DNA of 25,264 nucleotides from Candidatus Galligastranaerophilus intestinigallinarum (GCA_018715855.1 DVKW01000109.1:1-25264); one strand, 5' to 3'. Shown: positions 15,557-25,264, counted from the stretch's first letter. Notes: generated by a model from the sequence alone, not told the origin. A program made the numbers and translations.

Positions 15557-16948
15557 ATGATAAATAATATAGGGCAGTATAACAGCAATAATATAAAAAA
15601 TCTTCAATCAGCGCCATCAGTTAACCAAAGTTTTAATGGCGCAAAATCAACAAGTGCTGCATCAGAGCCTTCATTTTTATTTTTTCCTTTGAGGAAAGAA
15701 AACGTTTCAAATATATCTGCCCCAAAAACAAAATTAACCACAAAAGAAGAATTTGATTCATATAATGCCCTTTTATATGCTTTTTCAACGTCAGATACGG
15801 AAAAAACAAGCCCACAAGATAACGTTTCAAGACAAACAAAGCTTGATGCCCTTTTAAAAAACGGTGTACTTTTGAATAATAATTCAAACGACAAATCAAC
15901 CGTTCTTCAAAATTTAACAAAAACCATAAATAACCCACGTGCTGCCAATATGGACAATTTAAAAATTGCAGGGCAAATTATAGACACTTTATATAACCCC
16001 GCAATTATAACCCAAAGGTTTGGCGATATTCCGAAAGAAGCACAAACTTTTGTGATGAATAAAGACATTGAAGGCAACTTTGTTAAAGGCGCAAACGGTT
16101 CAATTAACCTGCAAGGTTCAGGCACTTGTGTTGCAGCAAGTGTAGAATTTCATATGGCAAACAAACACCCTGCGGAATTCTCTCGCTGGGCGGAATCTTT
16201 AACAAGCCCCGAAATAAGCGTTAAAAAAGAAATAAATTTATCGGCACTTTCAAAAAACCCGATGAATGCAATTTGGCTTTTAAGAGAATTTGGCGTTAAA
16301 CCGGAAACTATGAATTTTTACAAAGCAAAATTAAACCTAAAACCAGATGAAAACGCAATTGTAAGGGCGCAAATCCAAGATAACTATTGGGATATGGGCG
16401 AAAGAAGCATTCTTGATGTTTTATTCCAATCAACTTTAATGCAATTAGGTTCACAGCAAAGCTATAATTCCCTTACAGATATGAGAGCAGGCAAATTTAA
16501 TTCTAACCCGCAAGGCTTAATTGAATTTGAAAAAACTTTTATTGAATCTATTGTTGAAAATCAGGAAAGAACATCAATTGTATATCAAAATGTAGATAAC
16601 GACCAAAATTTATTAGGTTGGAACACTGATTTATCCGTTATTCAAAAACACATAACAGATACAATAGATATGGGCGAAGATGTTATAGCGGGCTATGTTT
16701 TAACCGCAAAAGAATGCAATGAACCTGCAGACAACCCGAATAAAATTGTAAACGGTCATGAAATCACAATTGTCGGCTACAAAAAAGGGCTGGACGGCAA
16801 ATTAACTTTTGTTTGCAACGATACGGATGACGATAAAAACAAATTTGTTGAATATTCGGCAGATTATCTGCTTCCCAAAATTCACCACGCAGGTTACCCT
16901 GTTGAAATTGTAGAAGACGGCACACAAGCCACAAAGCAAGTTGCTTAA
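15557..16948 (+). CDS. Hypothetical protein with a putative papain-like cysteine protease triad and an Asn/Ser-rich N-terminal leader
   Basis: QGSGTC (Q186, C191), GHEITIVGY (H401) and FVCND (N421/D422). 463-aa ORF. Confidence 0.6.
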   Translation: MINNIGQYNSNNIKNLQSAPSVNQSFNGAKSTSAASEPSFLFFPLRKENVSNISAPKTKLTTKEEFDSYNALLYAFSTSDTEKTSPQDNVSRQTKLDALLKNGVLLNNNSNDKSTVLQNLTKTINNPRAANMDNLKIAGQIIDTLYNPAIITQRFGDIPKEAQTFVMNKDIEGNFVKGANGSINLQGSGTCVAASVEFHMANKHPAEFSRWAESLTSPEISVKKEINLSALSKNPMNAIWLLREFGVKPETMNFYKAKLNLKPDENAIVRAQIQDNYWDMGERSILDVLFQSTLMQLGSQQSYNSLTDMRAGKFNSNPQGLIEFEKTFIESIVENQERTSIVYQNVDNDQNLLGWNTDLSVIQKHITDTIDMGEDVIAGYVLTAKECNEPADNPNKIVNGHEITIVGYKKGLDGKLTFVCNDTDDDKNKFVEYSADYLLPKIHHAGYPVEIVEDGTQATKQVA

Positions 16949-17024
16949 AATTCAATACGGTAATTTTTGCTGTTTTTTAAGGGGTTTATTGTAAATAAAG
17001 CTTTAATTGATATAAAAAAATAAA

Positions 17025-17095
17025 AGGCGACACCCGGATTCGAACCGGGGGTAAAAGCTTTGCAGGCTTCTGCCTTACCACTTGGCCATGTCGCC
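17025..17095 (-). tRNA. tRNA-Cys (anticodon GCA)
   Basis: Reverse complement: GGCGACA TG GCC AAGTGGTAA GGC A GAAGC CT-GCA-AA GCTTT TACC CCCGG TTCGAAT CCGGG TGTCGCC T. Confidence 0.97.
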
Positions 17096-17114
17096 ATTTC
17101 AATCAACTTTTAAT

Positions 17115-17143
17115 AATATAAAAAAGACATACCATAAAGTCAA
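17115..17143 (-). promoter_or_regulatory. Putative promoter of tRNA-Cys
   Basis: Minus strand TTGACT (17138-17143), 17-nt spacer, TATATT (17115-17120). Confidence 0.45.
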
Positions 17144-17161
17144 GTTATAAAGAATTACCCC

Positions 17162-17189
17162 TTGAAAATTATTATTCAGCCAATATAAT
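17162..17189 (+). promoter_or_regulatory. Putative promoter of rpmE
   Basis: TTGAAA (17162-17167), 16-nt spacer, TATAAT (17184-17189). Confidence 0.5.
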
Positions 17190-17224
17190 TTATATTAGAC
17201 AAAAAAAGTAAAAGGAATAATGAT

Positions 17225-17425
17225 ATGAAAGAAGGAATACACCCTGATTACAAAAAAACCACAATTAAATGCGTTTGTGGCAATGAAATTGAAACAGGTT
17301 CCGTTGAAGATAACATCACCGTTGAAATTTGCAACGCTTGCCATCCTTTCTTCACAGGCAACCAAAAAATCTTAGACTCTGAAGGTAGAGTTGAAAGATT
17401 CAAAAAACGTTACGAAACAAAATAA
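17225..17425 (+). CDS. rpmE: 50S ribosomal protein L31 (Zn-binding type)
   Basis: [23 protein letters not shown] and [10 protein letters not shown]. Confidence 0.97.
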   Translation: MKEGIHPDYKKTTIKCVCGNEIETGSVEDNITVEICNACHPFFTGNQKILDSEGRVERFKKRYETK

Positions 17426-17438
17426 CTTTGTAATTTTT

Positions 17439-17475
17439 AAAATGCGGATGTATATTAATATATATCCGCATTTTT
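17439..17475 (+). terminator. Hairpin, probable intrinsic terminator or attenuator after rpmE
   Basis: AAAATGCGGAT (17439-17449) and ATCCGCATTTT (17464-17474) form an inverted repeat followed by a T tract. Confidence 0.55.
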
Positions 17476-17500
17476 GTATAAAAAACAAAGGAACAATAAA

Positions 17501-18226
17501 ATGGCAAAACAAAAGTTAAGTGTTGAATTAATTTCTATTCCAAACGATATAATTAAAACAATTTATACGGCATGTAAAACTTGTTACAGCGCAAAATTGC
17601 CGTATGAAAACTATTTGAATGCACCCGATGAAGATAAAATGTTATCTTTAATTAAAAGAGTAATAGGTTCAGGCCACTATTCAACAATAGAACATATTCA
17701 ACTCACCTTTGCCGTTCAAAATGTTTCCCGTGCCTGCACCCACCAATTGGTTAGGCATCGCCATATGAGCTTTTCTCAAAAAAGCCAAAGATATGTTAAA
17801 GAAAAAGGCGAATTTGATTATATAATGCCAAAATCAATTGAAAATAACCCTGAACTTGCCAAAAAATTTGAAGATTTTATTCAAAATACATCAAATCTTT
17901 ATCAAGAATTCATTGAAGCGGGCATTTTAGCGGAAGATGCCAGAAGCATTCTTCCAAATGCAGCAGCAAGCTCTTTGGTGGCATCTTTAAATTTAAGAGA
18001 ATTAATTCACCTTGCAAATTTAAGGCTATGCACAAGAGCACAGGCCGAAATAAGAAGTTTGGTAAAAGCCATGACAGATGAAGTTATTAAAAAAGAACCT
18101 TGGCTAAAACCATATCTAGTTCCAAAATGCGAAAGATTAGGCTATTGTGATGAAGATAAATCTTGCGGAAGAATGAAAACAAAAGAAGAATTAATGCACA
18201 CAAATAACTGTGCCGCACCCGTTTAA
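17501..18226 (+). CDS. thyX: FAD-dependent thymidylate synthase ThyX
   Basis: GHYSTIEH, RHRHMSFSQKSQRY (RHRx7S), EDARSILP and RAQAEIR. Start moved to ATG 17501 with AAGGA RBS. Confidence 0.95.
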   Translation: MAKQKLSVELISIPNDIIKTIYTACKTCYSAKLPYENYLNAPDEDKMLSLIKRVIGSGHYSTIEHIQLTFAVQNVSRACTHQLVRHRHMSFSQKSQRYVKEKGEFDYIMPKSIENNPELAKKFEDFIQNTSNLYQEFIEAGILAEDARSILPNAAASSLVASLNLRELIHLANLRLCTRAQAEIRSLVKAMTDEVIKKEPWLKPYLVPKCERLGYCDEDKSCGRMKTKEELMHTNNCAAPV

Positions 18227-18241
18227 AAGGACAAAAACAAA

Positions 18242-19324
18242 ATGAACGACATGCTGGATAAAATTAAACAAATTGAAGAAAAATATATAGAATTGGGGTT
18301 AAAATTATCAGACCCAAACACGGTTAATGATTATGAAAAATTTAAAGAGCTTTCAAAACAAAGAAAAGCAATGGAAGAAACCGTAAATACATATAATGCT
18401 TATAAAGAAACGGTTGATGCCATAAAAGAAGCAAAAGAAATGCTCCATGGCGAAAAAGACCCATCCATGAGGGAATATTTAAACAACGAAATTGCAAACA
18501 ATGAAGCAAAAATCCCCGTTTATGAAGAAAAAATGAAAGTTCTTTTACTTCCGAAAGACCCGATGGATGATAAAGACATTATGCTTGAAATAAGGGGTTC
18601 TGCAGGCGGCGATGAAGCAAACATTTTTGCGGGCGATCTTATGAGAATGTATCTTAAATATGCAAACAACAAGGGCTGGCAAACAAAAATTTTATCAATC
18701 AATGAATGCGAAGCAGGCGGTGTTTCAGAAGTTGTTATTTCAGTTAAAGGCGAAAATGTTTATTCACAATTAAAATATGAATCAGGCGTACATAGGGTTC
18801 AAAGGGTTCCTCAAACGGAATCTCAAGGCAGGGTTCACACATCCACGGCAACGGTTGCAGTTATGCCTGAAGTGGATGATGTTGAAGTTGAACTTAATAT
18901 GAACGATATTGAAATTACAACGGCTCGTTCGGGCGGCGCAGGCGGCCAAAACGTAAACAAAGTTGAAACAGCTGCAAGAGTTTTCCATAAACCGACAGGA
19001 ATTATGATTTTCTGCACGGAAGAAAGGTCGCAACTTCAAAACAAAGAAAGAGCACTTCAAATTTTAAAAGCAAAATTATATGATATGGAAGTGCAAAAAC
19101 AAATGAAAGAAGTAACCGACCTTCGCCGTTCTCAAGTGGGAACAGGGGATAGATCCGAACGTATCAGAACCTATAATTTCCCTCAAGGAAGATTAACAGA
19201 CCACAGAATTAACCACAACTTAAACGTGTGGACTGTTATTGAAGGCGATTTGGATGAATTAATTAAACTTTTAATTGAATATGACCAAAAATTAAAACTT
19301 GAAAAATTGGCTGAAATTCAATAA
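18242..19324 (+). CDS. prfA: Peptide chain release factor 1
   Basis: GGQ ([13 protein letters not shown]), the RF1 PxT motif (RVPQTE) and ESGVHRVQR. Confidence 0.97.
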   Translation: MNDMLDKIKQIEEKYIELGLKLSDPNTVNDYEKFKELSKQRKAMEETVNTYNAYKETVDAIKEAKEMLHGEKDPSMREYLNNEIANNEAKIPVYEEKMKVLLLPKDPMDDKDIMLEIRGSAGGDEANIFAGDLMRMYLKYANNKGWQTKILSINECEAGGVSEVVISVKGENVYSQLKYESGVHRVQRVPQTESQGRVHTSTATVAVMPEVDDVEVELNMNDIEITTARSGGAGGQNVNKVETAARVFHKPTGIMIFCTEERSQLQNKERALQILKAKLYDMEVQKQMKEVTDLRRSQVGTGDRSERIRTYNFPQGRLTDHRINHNLNVWTVIEGDLDELIKLLIEYDQKLKLEKLAEIQ

Positions 19325-19348
19325 AGAATTTAAAAGGGGAGTATAAAA

Positions 19349-20590
19349 ATGGTTCAATATATTTTAACTGCAGCTTTGGCATTTTTATTCGGTGCAATAA
19401 TTGCAGGTTTTATATTGAATAAAAAACTCGAACTTGAAAAAAACAAAAACCTTGAATTGAACAATGAAAATATAAGTTTAAAAGCCGAATTAAAGGTTTA
19501 TGAAGAAAATAAAGCAAACGAAGAAAACCTAAAAAACCTTATAAAAGAAGAATTTACAAATACCGCAGCAAAAGTTTTAATTGAAAAACAGCAATTTTTA
19601 AATGAACAAAATAAAACTTCCTTAGAAACTTTTTTAAACCCCTTAAAAGAAAAAATAAAAGAATTCCAGCAAAAAGTAGAAAAAGCGGATGAAACAGGCA
19701 AAATAAATACAGCCACCTTGAAAGAAAAAATTGAAGAATTGGTTAAACAAAACCAAATAACATGTAGCCAAACAGAAAAATTATCAAACGCAATTTCTCA
19801 AAATTCAAAATTCAGAGGCTCTATGGGCGAGATGATTTTAGAAAAACTTTTAAAGTCATCAGGTTTAATTGACAAAAAAGAAAACCCAATGGGAAATTAT
19901 GAAACCCAAAAAGGGTTCAGGTCAAAAGATGGTGATACGGGAGTAAAAATTGTAGATGCCGTTATTTACTTATCTGAAGGCAAAAAATCTGTTGTTATAG
20001 ATTCAAAAGCATCTTTAGTTGAATTTATTAATTTTACGGAAACAACAGATGATGATGAAAAACAAAAACATCTAAATGCCTTTTTAGCCGATGTTAAAGA
20101 CAGAATTAAAGAATTGGCAGGTAAATACAACAACTTAGAAGGGCTTATGACCCCTGATTTTACAATTATGTTTATTCCTTTTGAATACCCCCTTACATAC
20201 ATTTATTCAAACCCCGATTTAATTGAATATGCACTTAAAAATAACATTATAATTTCAGGCCCATCAACTTTAATTGCCACTTTAAGAACAATAAATTATT
20301 CTTGGGCACAAAAAAACCAATATGAAAATATTCAAAATATTACAACTTTAGCTAAAAATATTTATGAAAAAACAGCAACTTTAATACAAAAAATTGAAGG
20401 AGTGCAAACTTCTTTTGAAACGGTAAGAAAAAAATTTGACGAGGTATTTTCTACAATAAAAGGAAGAGGCGGCCTTATTGGTCAAGTGGAAAAGCTTAAA
20501 GAATACGGCCTCACACCATCAAAACAAATTGATGAAAAATATTTAGAATCTGAGCCCACGCTTGCAATTGTAGGGCAAAGTCAAGAATAA
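19349..20590 (+). CDS. rmuC: DNA recombination protein RmuC
   Basis: N-terminal TM and coiled coil, RGSMGEMILE, VDAVIYL..GKKSVVIDSKASL, DFTIMFIPFE and GPSTLIATL. Confidence 0.9.
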   Translation: MVQYILTAALAFLFGAIIAGFILNKKLELEKNKNLELNNENISLKAELKVYEENKANEENLKNLIKEEFTNTAAKVLIEKQQFLNEQNKTSLETFLNPLKEKIKEFQQKVEKADETGKINTATLKEKIEELVKQNQITCSQTEKLSNAISQNSKFRGSMGEMILEKLLKSSGLIDKKENPMGNYETQKGFRSKDGDTGVKIVDAVIYLSEGKKSVVIDSKASLVEFINFTETTDDDEKQKHLNAFLADVKDRIKELAGKYNNLEGLMTPDFTIMFIPFEYPLTYIYSNPDLIEYALKNNIIISGPSTLIATLRTINYSWAQKNQYENIQNITTLAKNIYEKTATLIQKIEGVQTSFETVRKKFDEVFSTIKGRGGLIGQVEKLKEYGLTPSKQIDEKYLESEPTLAIVGQSQE

Positions 20591-20597
20591 AAATTTT

Positions 20598-20626
20598 TTG
20601 AAAAAAGAATTTTTGTGTGGTAAACT
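20598..20626 (+). promoter_or_regulatory. Putative promoter of pyrF-ald-proB-proA
   Basis: TTGAAA (20598-20603), 17-nt spacer, extended -10 TGgTAAACT (20618-20626). Confidence 0.5.
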
Positions 20627-20656
20627 ATCAAGGCAGAATAAATAGAAGGGTTAAAT

Positions 20657-21415
20657 ATGGCAGTTTCAAAACCCAAATGTGCAAAAGAAAGAATAATTTT
20701 AGCGCTGGATGTAGATACAATTGAAGAAGCAGAAAAGCTTGTTGCGGAATTAAAAGATTATGTAGGCTTTTTTAAAGTCGGGCTTCAGCTGCAAAGTTTT
20801 GGCTTTGAAGCAAGCGAAATGATTAAAAGCTACGGTTCAAAAGTTTTTTATGATATGAAATTTCACGACATTCCAAATACTGTTGCAAGAGCAAGTGCTA
20901 ATTTGGTTAAAAGAGGAATAGATTTCTTTGACCTTCATATTAAAGGCGGCTCAAAAATGATGAGCGCCACAGTAAAATTGGCAAATGAAACGGCTAAAAG
21001 ATACGGAATGCCAATGCCCACCATTTTAGGGGTTACTTTATTATCAAGCTTTGGGCAAAAAACCTTAACCCAAGAATTAAACGTTAATATGAGCATAGAT
21101 GAATACGTTTCAAGGTTAGCCAGAACCGCCTATGAATCAGGTTTAACAGGCGTTGTAGCTTCAGCTTCGGAAGCTCCCATTATAAGAGAAGAATGCGGCG
21201 ATGATTTCATTATTGTTTGCCCTGCAGTAAGGCCTACTTGGAGTGTTGTAAATGACCAAGTAAGAGTTGTTACGCCTTCTAATGCCGTAAATTCGGGTGT
21301 AGATTATATGGTTGTGGGGCGCCCTGTTACCAATTCGGAAAACAGAATTGAAGCACTTCAATTAATAACCCAAGAAATTGAAGATGCCATGACAGTTGAA
21401 GCCGGCATTATATAA
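20657..21415 (+). CDS. pyrF: Orotidine-5'-phosphate decarboxylase
   Basis: IILALD, FKVG, DMKFHDIPNT (DxKxxDIxxT), CPAVRP...DQVRVVTP and VVGRP. Confidence 0.96.
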   Translation: MAVSKPKCAKERIILALDVDTIEEAEKLVAELKDYVGFFKVGLQLQSFGFEASEMIKSYGSKVFYDMKFHDIPNTVARASANLVKRGIDFFDLHIKGGSKMMSATVKLANETAKRYGMPMPTILGVTLLSSFGQKTLTQELNVNMSIDEYVSRLARTAYESGLTGVVASASEAPIIREECGDDFIIVCPAVRPTWSVVNDQVRVVTPSNAVNSGVDYMVVGRPVTNSENRIEALQLITQEIEDAMTVEAGII

Positions 21416-21429
21416 AAGGAAATTTGTTT

Positions 21430-22578
21430 ATGAAAATGAAATCCGTTTTCGGTGTTGCAAAAGAATTAAAAAAAGATGAAAGCAGAGTTTCGCTAACTCC
21501 TGATTCTGTTAAATTTTTAACCGAGCATAACCACACAATTTATGTTGAAACAAATGCAGGGCTGCTTAGCGGTTTTAGCGATGAAATGTATATAGAAGCA
21601 GGGGCAAAAATTGTGCAAACCAAAGAAGAACTTTGGGATGTTGCAAACGTTATTGTAAAAGTTAAAGAGCCCCAAAAAGAAGAATATTCTTTATTTAAAG
21701 AAGACCAAATAATTTTTTCATATATGCACCTTGCAGTTGAACCCGAGCTTACAAAAAACCTTTTAAAAAAGAAAGTTTGCGCAATTTGTGCAGAATCTAT
21801 TCAAAATAAAAACGGCGATTTTCCGATTTTAAGGCCGATGTCTGAAGTTGCAGGAAGATTAAGCATACAACTTGGCGCACACTATCTTGAACACCAAAAT
21901 GGCGGCGAAGGCATTTTGTTGGGGGGTGTTCCCGGGGTTAGACCTTCAAAAGTTGTTATAATAGGCGGCGGCATAGTTGGTTCAAATGCCGCAAAAGTGG
22001 CACTTGGAATGGGGGCGGATGTTTCTGTTATAGATACAAATTCAGAAAAGCTTGCTATGCTAGATTTTATATTTAACGGCAACATAAAAACCCACTATTC
22101 AAACCCGACAACCGTTTTAGAAGAAGCTAAAAAAGCGGATATATTAGTAACAGCTGTTTTAAAACCCAATCAAATTGCACCTGTTATAGTTAAAGAAGAA
22201 GTAGTGAAGCAAATGAAAAAAGGGTCTTTTTTAATTGACGTTGCAATAGATCAAGGCGGAAACACAGAAACAATAGATAAGCCCACAACCATATCAGACC
22301 CTGTTTATGAAAAATACGGCGTTATTCACTGCGCAATTCCAAACCTTCCTTCTTTAACGCCAAAAACTTCATCTTATGCATATTCTTATGCAATTTTGCC
22401 ATACATTCACCAAATAGGCGAACTTGGCGGCTTTATGGCAATTAAAGAAGTAGATGCTTTATCTAAAGGTGTTAATACATTCAGAGGCGAGGTTACAAAC
22501 CTTGAACTTGCAAACACCTTTGGCTATGAACACACGGAACTGTCGCTCCTTGTAGGTTTTAGGGTGAACAATGGATAA
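21430..22578 (+). CDS. ald: Alanine dehydrogenase
   Basis: KVKEP, YMHLA, PMSEVAGR, GGVPGV, GGGIVG and DVAIDQGG. ATG 21430 was chosen for RBS spacing; the start is uncertain. Confidence 0.93.
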   Translation: MKMKSVFGVAKELKKDESRVSLTPDSVKFLTEHNHTIYVETNAGLLSGFSDEMYIEAGAKIVQTKEELWDVANVIVKVKEPQKEEYSLFKEDQIIFSYMHLAVEPELTKNLLKKKVCAICAESIQNKNGDFPILRPMSEVAGRLSIQLGAHYLEHQNGGEGILLGGVPGVRPSKVVIIGGGIVGSNAAKVALGMGADVSVIDTNSEKLAMLDFIFNGNIKTHYSNPTTVLEEAKKADILVTAVLKPNQIAPVIVKEEVVKQMKKGSFLIDVAIDQGGNTETIDKPTTISDPVYEKYGVIHCAIPNLPSLTPKTSSYAYSYAILPYIHQIGELGGFMAIKEVDALSKGVNTFRGEVTNLELANTFGYEHTELSLLVGFRVNNG

Positions 22579-23683
22579 AAATCAAGTAAAAAGAATTGTT
22601 TTTAAGTTCGGAACGAACATTTTAAAAAACGAAGAGGGCGACATTTGCCTATCAAGGCTATATTCCTTCATAGAAGACATTGCAAAATTATATAAAGAAG
22701 GAAAAGAAGTTTTAATTGTAACATCAGGCGCTGTTGGTTTGGGTGTTAAAAAATTGGGCTTAAAAACCCCTGAAACCACCGTTGATAAACAAGCGGCAGC
22801 ATCTATCGGGCAGCCTATGCTTATTGAAATTTGGCAAGACGGTTTTGACAGGTTCGGAATAAATATCTCGCAAATTCTTTTAATTGAAGATGATTTTTCC
22901 GTAAGAAAAAGATATTTAAGCCTAAGAAGCACTTTATCAAGGCTTTTGGAAGCAGGAATTATTCCCGTTATTAACCAAAACGATGTTATTTTGCCGTCTG
23001 AACTTGAACATGTCAGTTTTTCGGATAACGACAAATTATCTGCCCTTGTTGCAAGCAAATTAGATGCAGATTTACTTGTTATGGTATCAGATATTGACGG
23101 GCTTTTTGATAAAAACCCGAAAGAATATTCTGATGCAAAATTAATTCCTGTTGTAAATAAAGTAACTCCAAAAATTGAAAAATTGGCAACAGGCGCATCC
23201 CTTGGCGGCAGAGGCGGCATGATAACAAAATTAAATGCAGCAAAAGTTGTTACAAATTCAGGCTCAATGGCTATGATTGTAAACGGCTTAACTCCAAATA
23301 TAATAAGAAAAATTTTCACGGAAGAAAACGCAGGCACTTTGTTTTTATCAAACAATAAATTATCTTCTAAACAACGCTGGATAGCTTATGCCACAAATGT
23401 TAGAGGTGAAATTATTGTAAATAAAGGCGCAAAAGAAGCCCTGATTGAAAAACAAAAAAGTTTGCTATCGGTTGGCGTTTTAGACATTAAAGGCAAATTT
23501 GATGCAGGCGAAGTTGTTTGTATTTTAGATGAAAACAAAGAAGAATTTGCAAGAGGTGTTGCAAACTACAATTCAACGGAATGCGAAAAAATTGCAGGCA
23601 AACATAGCTATGAAATTAAAGAAATTTTAGGCTATATGCAAAGCGATGATTTAATAAATAAAGATAATTTGGTGATTTTATGA
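22571..23683 (+). CDS. proB: Glutamate 5-kinase with PUA domain
   Basis: KFGT, VTSGAV, AASIGQ, DNDKLSALVA, GGMITKLNAA and a C-terminal PUA domain. Confidence 0.96.
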   Translation: MDKNQVKRIVFKFGTNILKNEEGDICLSRLYSFIEDIAKLYKEGKEVLIVTSGAVGLGVKKLGLKTPETTVDKQAAASIGQPMLIEIWQDGFDRFGINISQILLIEDDFSVRKRYLSLRSTLSRLLEAGIIPVINQNDVILPSELEHVSFSDNDKLSALVASKLDADLLVMVSDIDGLFDKNPKEYSDAKLIPVVNKVTPKIEKLATGASLGGRGGMITKLNAAKVVTNSGSMAMIVNGLTPNIIRKIFTEENAGTLFLSNNKLSSKQRWIAYATNVRGEIIVNKGAKEALIEKQKSLLSVGVLDIKGKFDAGEVVCILDENKEEFARGVANYNSTECEKIAGKHSYEIKEILGYMQSDDLINKDNLVIL

Positions 23684-24945
23684 TTCAAACCGATAATATT
23701 TTAGAAACCGTAAAAAAAGCTTCAATTGCAAAATCAAAACTTTTCAGTTTATCTGAAGAAAAAAAAGATGAAGCTTTGATGCTTATTGCTCAAGGGGTTG
23801 AAAGAAATAAAGAAAAAATTTTTGAAGAAAACAAAAAAGACCTTGAAAACGCACAAACAATGCTTGATAAAGGTGAAATTTCAAAAGCCACCTTTGACAG
23901 GCTGAAACTTGATGAAAACAAAATGCGAGATATGATAAAAGGCGTTTTTGATGTTATCAGGTTAGATGACCCCGTTAATAAAGTTATATGGGCAAAAGAA
24001 TTGGATGAAGGGCTTGTTTTAAAGAAAGTAACATGCCCGATAGGCCTTATTGGCATTATTTTTGAAGCAAGACCCGATGTTTTAATTCAAATAACATCTC
24101 TTGCAATTAAATCAGGAAACGCTGTTATTTTAAAGGGCGGCAAGGAATCTAACAATACGAATAAAATATTCTTTGAAATTGTGCAAGAAGCTTTATCTAA
24201 CGTGGAAGGTTTTCCTGTTGAAGCCGTTAACCTTGTTTTTTCACATCAAGATATAAACGAACTTTTAAAATTGGATGAATACATTGATTTAATTATTCCA
24301 AGGGGCTCAAACAAGCTTGTTAATTTCATTAAAGAAAACACAAAAATTCCTGTCTTAGGGCATGCTTCAGGCATTTGCCACATTTTTGTAAATAAAGATG
24401 CCAATATAGATATGGCAAAAAAAATTATTTATGATGCAAAAACCCAATACCCGTCAGCTTGTAACAGCGTTGAAACGGTTTTGGTTCACAAAGATTTTGA
24501 AAAAACAGAAGAATTAAAAGAATTTTTAACATCAAACGGCATAAAAGTTATAGAAAACCCTGAAAGGTTTGATGTTGAATATTCAGATAAAATTTTAACC
24601 TTTAAAATAATTGAAAATTTAGATGCTGCAATTGACCATATTAACAAATTCGGCTCACACCACACAGATTGCATAATAACCGAAAACAAAAATGAAGCGG
24701 AAGAATTTTTATCCAAAGTTGATTCAGCAGGCGTTTACCATAATGTTTCAACAAGGTTTGCAGATGGCTTTAGATATGGCTTTGGCGCAGAAGTCGGCAT
24801 TTCAACAAACAAAACTTTAGCAAGAGGCCCTGTCGGCTTAGATGGCTTGTGCGCTTATAAATACAAATTATACGGGCATGGAGAAATTGTTGATGATTAT
24901 TCTAAAGGCAGAAAACAATTTCACCACAAGTTTATTCAACAATAA
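23680..24945 (+). CDS. proA: Gamma-glutamyl phosphate reductase
   Basis: PIGLIGIIFEARP, KSGNAVILKGG, IIPRG, YPSACNSVET and STRFADG...GAEVGIST...RGP. Confidence 0.96.
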   Translation: MIQTDNILETVKKASIAKSKLFSLSEEKKDEALMLIAQGVERNKEKIFEENKKDLENAQTMLDKGEISKATFDRLKLDENKMRDMIKGVFDVIRLDDPVNKVIWAKELDEGLVLKKVTCPIGLIGIIFEARPDVLIQITSLAIKSGNAVILKGGKESNNTNKIFFEIVQEALSNVEGFPVEAVNLVFSHQDINELLKLDEYIDLIIPRGSNKLVNFIKENTKIPVLGHASGICHIFVNKDANIDMAKKIIYDAKTQYPSACNSVETVLVHKDFEKTEELKEFLTSNGIKVIENPERFDVEYSDKILTFKIIENLDAAIDHINKFGSHHTDCIITENKNEAEEFLSKVDSAGVYHNVSTRFADGFRYGFGAEVGISTNKTLARGPVGLDGLCAYKYKLYGHGEIVDDYSKGRKQFHHKFIQQ

Positions 24946-25012
24946 AACGATATAAAAAATTTTTTTGTTTTATAATATTATTCAAGGCATTAATAATCCT
25001 AAGGTTACCACA

Positions 25013-25264
25013 TTGATAGAGAATGAAATAGTAGAAAAAATTAATAAACTAAAAAAAGAGAAGAATGCAGTAATTCTTGCTCATTGCTACCAAAACCCCG
25101 AAATTGATTTGGTGGCAGATTATGTTGGCGATTCTTTGGGGTTATCAAAACTTGCAAGTAAAACAAATGCCGATATTATTGTTTTTGCAGGCGTTTATTT
25201 TATGGCGGAAACCGCCAAAATTTTATCACCCGATAAAAAAGTTTTGCTTCCAAACAAAAAATCA
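25013..25264 (+). CDS. nadA: Quinolinate synthase NadA (5' part, truncated by the window end; not in the ORF track)
   Basis: TTG at 25013 opens [44 protein letters not shown]...[26 protein letters not shown]. Confidence 0.92.
   Translation, partial: MIENEIVEKINKLKKEKNAVILAHCYQNPEIDLVADYVGDSLGLSKLASKTNADIIVFAGVYFMAETAKILSPDKKVLLPNKKS

Noticed and set aside
18120-18226. C-terminal Cys cluster of ThyX (CERLGYCDEDKSC)
   Set aside because: As I recall, similar Cys-rich tails occur in many ThyX proteins, so I see no reason to call it novel.
22582-23355. 257-aa minus-strand ORF
   Set aside because: It lies wholly antisense to proB and reads as a typical codon-bias shadow.
25170-25230. NadA motif [10 protein letters not shown] lacking the Cys of FCGVHFM
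   Set aside because: That Cys is not a cluster ligand (E. coli NadA has AGVRFM). The first ligand Cys lies just beyond the window end.

Overview
This is an AT-rich, gene-dense bacterial chromosomal segment. I infer a non-photosynthetic member of the cyanobacterial phylum (Vampirovibrionia/'Melainabacteria', probably Gastranaerophilales). That inference rests on an RNase P RNA with cyanobacterial-type motifs, an NblS/Hik33-like kinase, a pilin-like DxNGxKGPN motif, HydF and the absence of photosynthesis genes here; it has not been checked by a database search. Most of the window is housekeeping: tRNA-Arg/Thr/Cys, rnpB, leuC, an NfnA-like subunit, a nitrilase-family hydrolase, dacB, a GH13 enzyme, hydF, rpmE-thyX-prfA-rmuC, pyrF-ald-proB-proA and a partial nadA. 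The most unusual structure is at 81-760. There tRNA-Arg(ACG) sits between two different tandem arrays. The upstream ~110-bp units each begin with the tRNA 5' end, and the downstream ~125-bp units each end with a tRNA 3'-end mimic. Both carry hairpins, and the proximal upstream unit has a 14-nt exact antisense copy of the tRNA D-arm. Other candidates are two proteins with similar Asn-rich N-terminal leaders (a CheR-like methyltransferase and a papain-like Cys protease), an unannotated 59-aa four-Cys protein, a membrane-domain/pilin-like fusion, a stand-alone OLD-type TOPRIM protein, an RNase P RNA apparently lacking P18, and a kinase C-terminus encoded antisense to the rnpB 3' end. No integrase, transposase, CRISPR array or cas gene is visible.
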